Positions 57,136-64,000 of a stretch of DNA of 64,000 bases are shown here, piece by piece. The stretch is from contig CACBYP010000006.1 in assembly GCA_902543485.1 (NCBI GenBank), positions 11,807 through 75,806 of the forward strand, in the 5' to 3' direction. The position numbers and the translations under genes were made by a program. Within the stretch, counting starts at the first letter, position 1. Each line of letters starts with the position of its first letter. A model generated the notes under the pieces. The model was given only the letters and a program-made list of their open reading frames with translations. It was not told where the DNA came from and made no database searches. The stretch comes from an uncultured Pelagibacteraceae bacterium (GTDB lineage Bacteria > Pseudomonadota > Alphaproteobacteria > Pelagibacterales > Pelagibacteraceae).

Positions 57136-57599
57136 TAGTGTGGAGCCCTATATCTGCTATGACAAGCTTTACAGCTCGACCACATATATTGTTTCAAAGC
57201 TGCTCTAAAATCATCTTGGTCTTCGATAATTGAAGCTAGCTTTATCATTTGATCAGATGATTTTTTCATTAGAGCATTAAATTCATCTCTTTCTTCCCAA
57301 ATAATTGGTAAAGCCTCTGTTCCGTATCTCTCTTTTGTATTTTCTGGAAATAAATTTAGTAATTCTAAATAATTATCACTCATTCTAATCATCAGTTTTT
57401 TTGAGTCCTCAATTTCAACTTCGTTAAGTAAAATACTAATTCTTTTTGCTAGTTTATAATTTTGACTGAATAAAGACTTTCTTTTCTTTATAATGTCTTT
57501 TGCGCTTTCTTCTGATAAAACATTAGAATTAAATGAAAAAGAAAGTGCTACAATAAACATTATTTTGAAAATATTATTTATTTTTATAAAATAGCTCAT
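57135..57599 (-). CDS. Class II cytochrome c (cytochrome c'/c556-like)
   Basis: C-terminal CKACH heme motif on a four-helix-type sequence. The track start at 57656 is GTG. The ATG at 57599 gives a plausible signal peptide, MSYFIKINNIFKIMFIVALSFSFNSNVLS. Confidence 0.7.
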   Translation of the reverse strand: MSYFIKINNIFKIMFIVALSFSFNSNVLSEESAKDIIKKRKSLFSQNYKLAKRISILLNEVEIEDSKKLMIRMSDNYLELLNLFPENTKERYGTEALPIIWEERDEFNALMKKSSDQMIKLASIIEDQDDFRAALKQYMWSSCKACHSRYRAPH

Positions 57600-58125
57600 G
57601 TCTGACAGTATAACATTAAAATATAGTTGGTTAGCTAAATTTTTCCATTGGTTCACTTTGCTCCTTCTAATTGCTCAGATACCAATGGGGTTTATTTTGG
57701 TCAGATTAGATTTTTCGGATTTAAGAATAACTATTGAAAATGTACATGTAATTGTAGGAATATCCATATTTTACATAACCTTATTTAGGTTAATTTATAA
57801 ATTTTTTAGCAAGTCCCCAAAACTAATGCCTGAGGCATTCTTTGGACAAAACTTGATTGCGAAATTGAATCATTTCGCTCTTTATGTCGCACTTTTAACA
57901 ATAACAACATCAGGAATTTTAAAAAAGCTATTTAATGGTGAAAAACTAAATTTTTTTATTTTTAAATTAAGGATTGAAGATAACTTTGATTTAGCAGATC
58001 AATTTTACAATGTTCATGTTATTTCAAATTATACATTAATAGTTTTAATCTCATTGCATATTTTAGCAGTTTTGTTTCATCAAATATTTTTGAAAGAAAA
58101 CATCTTGAAAAGAATGACCAGATAA
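57598..58125 (+). CDS. Cytochrome b561 family (CybB-like) membrane protein
   Basis: 175 aa with 4 TM segments. KYSWLAKFFHW N-terminal His motif and conserved His residues in helices 2-4. Confidence 0.8.
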   Translation: MSDSITLKYSWLAKFFHWFTLLLLIAQIPMGFILVRLDFSDLRITIENVHVIVGISIFYITLFRLIYKFFSKSPKLMPEAFFGQNLIAKLNHFALYVALLTITTSGILKKLFNGEKLNFFIFKLRIEDNFDLADQFYNVHVISNYTLIVLISLHILAVLFHQIFLKENILKRMTR

Positions 58126-58138
58126 TTAAATAAATCTC

Positions 58139-58513
58139 ATGAAAAAATATTTTTTCTTTCTAATTTTATTCTTAATACCAAATATCTCATTTGGTTTTGA
58201 AAAAACTACAAATTTTGATCTGAAAAAATTATTAGAAATTCAAAAATCTGGTAAAACAATTGTTATTAATTCTTGGAACGAATATTGTTCAACATGTGCA
58301 GCACAAACAAAAGTTTTCGATCAAGCAATGAAAGACTTTAAAGATGTTGAGTTTTTATTTTATGAGCAAACAGAACATGAAGATATTGCTAAAGCTTTAG
58401 CTGTTAATTATTGGACCACAATAGTAGTTTTTAAAGGTGAAAAAGAAGTAGCAAGAGACATTGGTTTAACTGACAAAGATCAAATATACAATCTTATAAA
58501 TAAAGGTATATAA
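58139..58513 (+). CDS. Secreted thioredoxin-fold protein
   Basis: 124 aa. Signal peptide and a WNEYCSTC (CxxC) motif. Confidence 0.7.
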   Translation: MKKYFFFLILFLIPNISFGFEKTTNFDLKKLLEIQKSGKTIVINSWNEYCSTCAAQTKVFDQAMKDFKDVEFLFYEQTEHEDIAKALAVNYWTTIVVFKGEKEVARDIGLTDKDQIYNLINKGI

Positions 58514-58522
58514 TTCCTTTTT

Positions 58523-58542
58523 ACCTCCCCTTTCGAGGAGGT
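58523..58542. other. GC-rich stem-loop between convergent trx-like and ald genes
   Basis: acctcc-cctttcga-ggaggt: a 6-bp GC-rich stem. The T-run precedes rather than follows it on the + strand, so it is not a canonical terminator. Confidence 0.35.
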
Positions 58543-58668
58543 GAATTCAACAAAAAAGAGAGAAATAAATGAATGTTAAATTCAGGAATAATTTTTTAAA
58601 TTATAACTGCTATATAGAATTAATTTTTTTTTTGTCAATTTACGAAAAAGTAAGAGAAAATAGGGATT

Positions 58669-59787
58669 TTAGTTAAGCAAAGCTTTGTGAGCTGGTAAAT
58701 AATCGTGGCCAAATACATCTGCTACAGCTTTATGAGTAACGCCTCCTTTAAATACATTTAATCCTGCTTGAAAATTTTGATCATCATTTAAAGCTTTTAA
58801 GTAACCATCTTTTGCTAATTTAGATAAAAAAGGAAGTGTTGCTTTATTTAAAGCAATTGTTGATGTTCTAGGAACACCACCAGGCATGTTAGCAACGCAA
58901 TAATGAATTACATCATCTATTATAAAAGTTGGTTCTGCAAAGGTAGTGGGTTTACTGGTTTCAACACATCCTCCTTGATCAATTGCAACATCTACAATCA
59001 CTGATCCCCTTTTCATTTTTTTTAACATATTCTTTGTAACTAATTTTGGTGCCTCAGCACCTGGTATCAAAACACCACCTACTAACAAATCACATTCGGA
59101 AATTAATTTTTCTAAATCAGTTTTATCACTTAAATTAGGTATTATTTTATCTCCAAACATTTGGGTAAGTTCGTTTAATCTTTTTTCAGATTTATCTACA
59201 ATATTAACTTTGGCTTTCATGCCTGTTGCAATTATAGCAGCATTTTCTCCTACTACTCCACCTCCAAGTATAACTACATTTCCAGGCTCTACACCAGGAG
59301 CTCCTCCTAACAAAAGACCACGGCCTTTTTGATTTTTTTCTAAACAATGTGCACCCGCTTGTACTGACATTCTTCCAGCTACTGCACTCATTGGTGCTAG
59401 CAAAGGAAGTCTTCCGTTATTATCTGTGACTGTTTCATAAGCGATGCATATTGATTTGCTGTCTATTAAACCTTGTGTCAGTTCCTTGGCTGCAGCAAGA
59501 TGAAGATATGTAAAGACAACTTGATTTTCTCTTATCATTCTTACTTCGCTAGATTGTGGCTCTTTGACTTTAACAATGATGTCGGAGTCGTTAAATATAT
59601 CTTCAGCTGTATTAACTATTTTTGCTCCACTTGATACGTAATGATCGTTTTCAAATCCTGCTTCAAAACCTCCATTATTTTCAATTAAAACTTCGTGGCC
59701 ATTAGAAGTTAATGTCTTTACACTTTCGGGAGTGAGTCCAATTCTATTTTCTTGAGGCTTTATTTCTTTTGGAACCCCGATTTTCAT
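58669..59787 (-). CDS. ald: Alanine dehydrogenase
   Basis: 372 aa. MKIGVPKEIKPQENRIGLTP N-terminus and the VILGGGVVG NAD fold. Confidence 0.92.
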   Translation of the reverse strand: MKIGVPKEIKPQENRIGLTPESVKTLTSNGHEVLIENNGGFEAGFENDHYVSSGAKIVNTAEDIFNDSDIIVKVKEPQSSEVRMIRENQVVFTYLHLAAAKELTQGLIDSKSICIAYETVTDNNGRLPLLAPMSAVAGRMSVQAGAHCLEKNQKGRGLLLGGAPGVEPGNVVILGGGVVGENAAIIATGMKAKVNIVDKSEKRLNELTQMFGDKIIPNLSDKTDLEKLISECDLLVGGVLIPGAEAPKLVTKNMLKKMKRGSVIVDVAIDQGGCVETSKPTTFAEPTFIIDDVIHYCVANMPGGVPRTSTIALNKATLPFLSKLAKDGYLKALNDDQNFQAGLNVFKGGVTHKAVADVFGHDYLPAHKALLN

Positions 59788-59796
59788 AGAATTAAA

Positions 59797-61158
59797 TTAA
59801 TTTTTTTTGCTTTTTGAATAGTTTGTAATACCAGTTCTTAGTTTCTCGATTATTTCATCAATATGTTTTTTTTCACAGATAAACATTGGAGCAATAATTA
59901 AACAATCTCCAGTCGCTTTAAAGTTAACTCCTGCATCATAACAGTGTTTGAAACATGTAAATCCTGCTGCGCCAGGTTTTTTATGCATTTTAATATCAAT
60001 ACCACCCATCATTCCATAACCTCTTATGTTATCAACAACATCAATATCTTTTAAAGACATTAAACCTTCTTGGAAATATGGAGATAAATTTTTTGCTCTA
60101 TTAAAGATATCATCTTTTTCAAAAATATCTTGAACCGCTAAGCCTGCAGCTACTGAGACAGGAATTCCAGAGTAAGTGTAACCATGAAATAATTCTATTG
60201 TTCCTTTTGGAGATCCATCCATAACTGTGTCATAAATTTCTTCTTTACACGCAACTGCACCTAAAGGACTTATTCCATTTGTTGTAGCTTTAGCCATTGT
60301 AATAATATCTGGAGTAACACCGTATTCTTGCGATGCAAATGCTGAACCTGTCCTTCCCCATCCTGTGATAACTTCGTCAAAAACTAATAAAATACCATGC
60401 TTATCACAAATTTCTCGTAACCTTTGCAAATAACCTTTTGGTGGAACTAATGTTCCTGTTGATCCAGCAATTGGCTCAACAATACAAGCTGCTATGTTCT
60501 CTGATCCAAAATTTGTACAAATTCTCTCTAGATCTTCAGCCATCTCTGCGCCAGTTTCAGGTTGACCTGAAACAAATTTATGTTCTGGTAAATGTGTATG
60601 TCTCATGTGAAGAACACCTGGCATCAAAACATTGGCAAATGTTTTCACGTTGTTAATCATTCCGCCAACAGAAGTAGCTCCGATATTCATTCCATGATAG
60701 CCTCTTTCTCTTCCAACAAACCTAAATCTATGTCCTTCACCTGTTGCTTTATGATATGCAACTGCAATTTTTATTGCAGTCTCAACAGCAGTAGATCCAC
60801 AAATTGTGTAAAAAATTCTATTTAAATTTCCTGGCGTATGTTTTGAAATTTTTGTTGCAAGTTCAAATGAACCTCCAAAACCTTGTTGAAATGGTTGAGC
60901 ATAGTCTAATTTTTTTAATTGATTTGTAATTGCATTAATAATTTCCTCTCTTCCATGACCTAAAGGATTACAAAATAATCCCGAGCTTGCATCTATCTGA
61001 GTTTGACCTTGATGATTTTTTAAATATACACCTTTTGCTTCTACAATTAATCTTGGAGATTCTTTAAAGTCTCTATTAGATGTAAATGGCATCCAATGTT
61101 CATTTAAAGAATTCGGTATTTGAGGTTTTTCTGAACTCATAATTAAGTTTTGATTCAT
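59797..61158 (-). CDS. tpa: Class III (omega) aminotransferase; probable taurine/omega-amino acid:pyruvate aminotransferase
   Basis: 453 aa. DEVITGWGRTG block and the MAKATTNG PLP lysine. It lies 9 nt upstream of ald and divergent from the tauA-like gene, the classic Tpa-Ald arrangement. Confidence 0.75.
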   Translation of the reverse strand: MNQNLIMSSEKPQIPNSLNEHWMPFTSNRDFKESPRLIVEAKGVYLKNHQGQTQIDASSGLFCNPLGHGREEIINAITNQLKKLDYAQPFQQGFGGSFELATKISKHTPGNLNRIFYTICGSTAVETAIKIAVAYHKATGEGHRFRFVGRERGYHGMNIGATSVGGMINNVKTFANVLMPGVLHMRHTHLPEHKFVSGQPETGAEMAEDLERICTNFGSENIAACIVEPIAGSTGTLVPPKGYLQRLREICDKHGILLVFDEVITGWGRTGSAFASQEYGVTPDIITMAKATTNGISPLGAVACKEEIYDTVMDGSPKGTIELFHGYTYSGIPVSVAAGLAVQDIFEKDDIFNRAKNLSPYFQEGLMSLKDIDVVDNIRGYGMMGGIDIKMHKKPGAAGFTCFKHCYDAGVNFKATGDCLIIAPMFICEKKHIDEIIEKLRTGITNYSKSKKN

Positions 61159-61331
61159 AGACTAATTTTATAAATTAACCAGTAAATTTTAGTCATACTT
61201 GCTATGTTAAAAGACCGCAACTATAGGTTGTAACTTATAACTTTTGAAGCCTGTGTAATTTATTCATCATTTACTTAAAAGAAAATTTAAACTTAAATAT
61301 CAATAATTAAATTTAATTAACAGGAGATGAA

Positions 61332-62273
61332 ATGAAAAAAATAATTAGTTTCATTTTAGGAAGTTTATTTGCTCTAAACTTAACAATCACAGCAGCAAAC
61401 TCTGCTGCGAACGAAGTTAGAGTTGCATACTTTCTAGAGTGGCCAAGTCCAAATTTAGAGGACATGCAAAAAAAGAATTTTGCTAAAGCTTTAGGAGTTC
61501 CAGTAAAATGGACAAACTTCACAAATGGTGGAGCAATGACAGATGCAATGTTAGCAGGAGATATTGATATTTCTTACTCACAAGGTTTGGTACCATTTAT
61601 TAATGCTGTAAAATCAAATGCGCCTATCAAATTAGTTGATATCGCAATGGAATATGGAATGGGTGGAACAACTTGTGTAACATCTAATGCATCAGGAATA
61701 ACAAAAGCGAACGCAACAGAATTAGAAGGTAAAAAAGTTGCTGTTCCGTTAGGTACTATGGCTGAGTACGTTTTTGACGAAAGTATGAAAGTTGTTGGAG
61801 CTGACAGAAGCAAAATGGATATTATCCAAATGGACCCTGAAGAAGGAGCAGCTGCATTAGTAAGTGGAGATGTAGTAATGGCATGCCTATTTGGTGGTAA
61901 TTCTATCAAAGCTGCGGTTGCTGTAGGATCAAGACTTTTAACTGTTCAAGAAGCAAGAGATGCAGGTATTTTAGGAATAGATATTACTTCTGTAACAGAC
62001 AAGTTTATGAAGGAAAATCCTGGAATGTTGAGAACTTTTATTGAAGTAACTCATGAAGCAAATGAAAGATATAGAAATGGAAAAAGCGATATGAATTCTA
62101 TGTCGAAAGCTTCAGAGATGAAAATTGCTGATATGAAAGATACTTTAAGTGGTTTCAAATTCTTAACTCCAGAAGAAACTAAAAAATCTATGGAAAGCGG
62201 AAACTTAGATGCATTCTTGAAAGGAATGGGAACTCCAGGTGGAGCAGTAGACACTAGTTTCTTACCTTTATAA
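61332..62273 (+). CDS. tauA: ABC transporter substrate-binding protein, NitT/TauT family (taurine-binding-like)
   Basis: 313 aa. AGGAGA SD, a signal peptide and a TauA/NMT1-like fold pattern (VRVAYFLEWPSPN...). Confidence 0.75.
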   Translation: MKKIISFILGSLFALNLTITAANSAANEVRVAYFLEWPSPNLEDMQKKNFAKALGVPVKWTNFTNGGAMTDAMLAGDIDISYSQGLVPFINAVKSNAPIKLVDIAMEYGMGGTTCVTSNASGITKANATELEGKKVAVPLGTMAEYVFDESMKVVGADRSKMDIIQMDPEEGAAALVSGDVVMACLFGGNSIKAAVAVGSRLLTVQEARDAGILGIDITSVTDKFMKENPGMLRTFIEVTHEANERYRNGKSDMNSMSKASEMKIADMKDTLSGFKFLTPEETKKSMESGNLDAFLKGMGTPGGAVDTSFLPL

Positions 62274-62294
62274 TTTAAAGATTAGAATAATTAA

Positions 62295-62328
62295 ATAGGC
62301 GCCAATTTTATTGGTGCCTATTTTTTTA
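62295..62328 (+). terminator. Strong rho-independent hairpin between the tauA-like and tauB-like genes
   Basis: ataggcgccaa-tttta-ttggtgcctat: an 11-bp stem with one G-U pair, followed by seven T's. Confidence 0.75.
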
Positions 62329-62355
62329 AATAAATATTTTATATAAAGTCAGCTA

Positions 62356-63153
62356 ATGAGTGATTTAATATCTCAAAATCTAAACATGATTTTCAAAACT
62401 CCAAAAGGAGAGACCGTTCATGCTCTAAAAGATTTAAATTTCAAATTAAAAAAAGGAGAACTTCTAACAGTTCTTGGACCTTCTGGTTGTGGAAAAACAA
62501 CTTTGTTAAATATTGCAGCTGGTTTCTTAAGACCAACATCTGGAAATATAACTTTGAACGGTAAAGAAATTGACGGACCTGGAGTTGAAAGAGGTATGGT
62601 TTTTCAACAAGGTGCATTATTTGAATGGTTGACTGTTGCAGAGAACGTCAACTTTGGTCTTAGAATGAAAAAAAAAGATCCTATAGAAACTTCAAAAAAA
62701 GTTGGTGAGTGGTTGGAAATTGTTGGCTTAAAAGGATTTGGAAATACCCCAACATATCAATTATCTGGAGGAATGCAGCAAAGAGTAGCTCTTGCAAGGT
62801 GTTTAATCAATGATCCTGATTTGATTTTAATGGATGAGCCTTTAGGTGCTCTTGATGCTCTAACAAGAGAAAAAATGCAATCTTTAGTTTTGAAAATTTG
62901 GAAAGAAACTGGAAAAACAATTATTTTAATTACGCACTCAGTTGAGGAAGCACTACTGCTTGGTGAAAGATTGTACGTAATGGCACCAAGACCAGGTAGG
63001 ATACATAAAGAATATAATCTTCCGTTTGCAGAGATGGGATTAAAAGAAGATTTAAGAGAAATAAAAAAAAATAAAGATTTTTCATCAAAAAGAGAAGAAA
63101 TTTTATCCATGATTTGGAACATGGAGGAAGAAATTATGGGAAAAGAAAATTAA
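62356..63153 (+). CDS. tauB: ABC transporter ATP-binding protein, NitT/TauT family
   Basis: 265 aa. GPSGCGKTT, LSGGMQQRVALARCL and LILMDEP. Confidence 0.9.
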   Translation: MSDLISQNLNMIFKTPKGETVHALKDLNFKLKKGELLTVLGPSGCGKTTLLNIAAGFLRPTSGNITLNGKEIDGPGVERGMVFQQGALFEWLTVAENVNFGLRMKKKDPIETSKKVGEWLEIVGLKGFGNTPTYQLSGGMQQRVALARCLINDPDLILMDEPLGALDALTREKMQSLVLKIWKETGKTIILITHSVEEALLLGERLYVMAPRPGRIHKEYNLPFAEMGLKEDLREIKKNKDFSSKREEILSMIWNMEEEIMGKEN

Positions 63154-64000
63154 ATGTTTACTCAAATAATAACAATATTAATTCTCGTATCAATTATCGG
63201 GTGCATACTTTATGGAAGACGTTTAATAAAAACTGAAAAAGTTGATGCAGTTTTTGGAAATCCAGAAAGAGCAAAAGGTGGAACTCATTGGATAATTGTC
63301 GGAAGCAGTGCAATATTGTTAGTTTGGCTTTATTATTCCTGGGATATTGCAAAAGGATTTTATCCAAAATCAGCAAATGAATTATGTCAGGTCGCAAAAA
63401 TAAATGAGTCTTTACTAGGATTAAAATATCAATTTCCAATTGAAGAAAGAGAATTCAAAAGTACTTCAATAATAAAAATAGAAAATAAAAATCTTAAAAA
63501 AATAAGTTTAGAAATTCAAAATTCGCCAGATTTAAGCAACATACAGAAAACTGCATTAGTTGGTTTTATTAATAAAACAAACAAATTAATTCCATTGCTT
63601 ACTAACGATAATCTAATGGAGATTAATACAAAAATAAAAATAGATGAGATGACTGATGAAATTAGATTGTTAAGCACTAATTTTCAAAAGAAAGATTATC
63701 CATTTGAAACACCAGAGCAAAAAAATGAAAGACAAAAGGCAATTGCTGAGCAAGGAAGCTGGGGTATAGTAACTGTAAGTGCCGGCACAGGATCAATAGA
63801 AAACACTATTGAAGTACCTTTAGTGCCTGAAACTGATAGAGGGTTAAAATTTCACGCTGCAGCTGAACAATTAAAAAAAATTAATGATAAATTTTTTAAA
63901 TTAAGAAACCATAATCCTCAATTCAAAAATGCAATAAAAGAACTTAAATCAGAGATAAAATTATATAGAAAAAATTTAGATGACACTGAAGAAGTGGCAT
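63154..64000 (+). CDS. Open reading frame continuing past the window end, in the position expected for the ABC permease; the visible 282 codons are not permease-like
   Basis: Own translation from the ATG at 63154, directly after the tauB stop. There is no stop codon up to 64000. The sequence is MFTQIITILILVSIIGCILYGRRL...HWIIVGSSAILLVWLYYSW, followed by more than 200 hydrophilic K/E/N-rich residues. Confidence 0.55.
   Translation, partial: MFTQIITILILVSIIGCILYGRRLIKTEKVDAVFGNPERAKGGTHWIIVGSSAILLVWLYYSWDIAKGFYPKSANELCQVAKINESLLGLKYQFPIEEREFKSTSIIKIENKNLKKISLEIQNSPDLSNIQKTALVGFINKTNKLIPLLTNDNLMEINTKIKIDEMTDEIRLLSTNFQKKDYPFETPEQKNERQKAIAEQGSWGIVTVSAGTGSIENTIEVPLVPETDRGLKFHAAAEQLKKINDKFFKLRNHNPQFKNAIKELKSEIKLYRKNLDDTEEVA

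Noticed and set aside
57600-57656. GTG-initiated 19-codon extension of the class II cytochrome c ORF
   Set aside because: It would place a non-signal sequence ahead of the signal peptide and overlap the b561 gene by 59 nt. The ATG at 57599 is the better start.
61313-62254. Minus-strand ORFs 61313-61522, 61574-61909 and 62051-62254
   Set aside because: They are antisense to the tauA-like binding-protein gene, which has an SD, a signal peptide and family-typical sequence.
62757-63439. Minus-strand ORFs 62757-63122 and 63194-63439
   Set aside because: They are antisense to the tauB-like ATPase and to the long open frame that continues to the window end.
1-64000. tRNA, rRNA, CRISPR arrays, IS elements, integrases, prophage or toxin-antitoxin modules
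   Set aside because: I scanned for T-loop-like GGTTCGAATCC motifs, regularly spaced direct repeats, terminal inverted repeats flanking transposase-like ORFs and small paired ORFs, and found none. This was a visual scan only and would miss degenerate elements.

Overview
This is a very AT-rich, very gene-dense bacterial chromosome segment. Genes commonly abut or overlap by 1-47 nt, and many convergent or consecutive genes share stop/start nucleotides. By inference it comes from a streamlined marine alphaproteobacterium of the SAR11/Pelagibacterales type; the basis is the composition, the aprM-aprB-aprA locus, a TPP riboswitch in front of an SSS transporter, the taurine genes and the near absence of regulators. 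I support about 75 protein-coding genes, one riboswitch and several stem-loops or terminators. I saw no rRNA, tRNA, CRISPR array, IS element, integrase or prophage.

The dominant theme is organosulfonate and sulfite metabolism:
- A taurine module (tauA/tauB-like ABC genes divergent from tpa-like aminotransferase + ald) at 58.7-64 kb.
- A sulfite-centred island at 28-39 kb, with xsc divergent from suyAB-like genes, a long TauE/SafE exporter and aprM-aprB-aprA plus a coupled unknown ORF.
- Scattered related genes: cysQ, a rhodanese, a second TauE, metC and mnmA.

Other blocks:
- A TRAP-transporter-linked CoA-transferase/crotonase/FAD-FeS dehydrogenase cluster (8.7-18.8 kb).
- pabB-pabA-pabC.
- Housekeeping genes: amt, HU, rseP, recX, bcp.
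- A small cytochrome cluster.

The least explained part, and my best candidate for something undescribed, is the co-directional block at 18.9-26 kb. It holds:
- An 863-aa fusion of two CAP/cNMP-like sensor domains, an HX4D/PEGT acyltransferase and an SGNH esterase.
- A DUF4174-like protein.
- Two tandem, anciently duplicated six-cysteine type IV pilins with no assembly machinery nearby.
- Small membrane peptides.
- An FG-GAP/ASPIC beta-propeller protein.
- Cysteine-rich orphan ORFs.

Other oddities:
- A 348-bp structured intergenic region (27903-28250) with a perfect 13-bp inverted repeat and a textbook SD followed by a 9-codon ORF.
- A 27-codon hyper-basic sORF.
- Interlocked divergent start codons.
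- An ABC 'third gene' that begins with more than 280 non-permease codons.

All functional calls come from reading the translated ORFs and motifs by eye. No database search was run.
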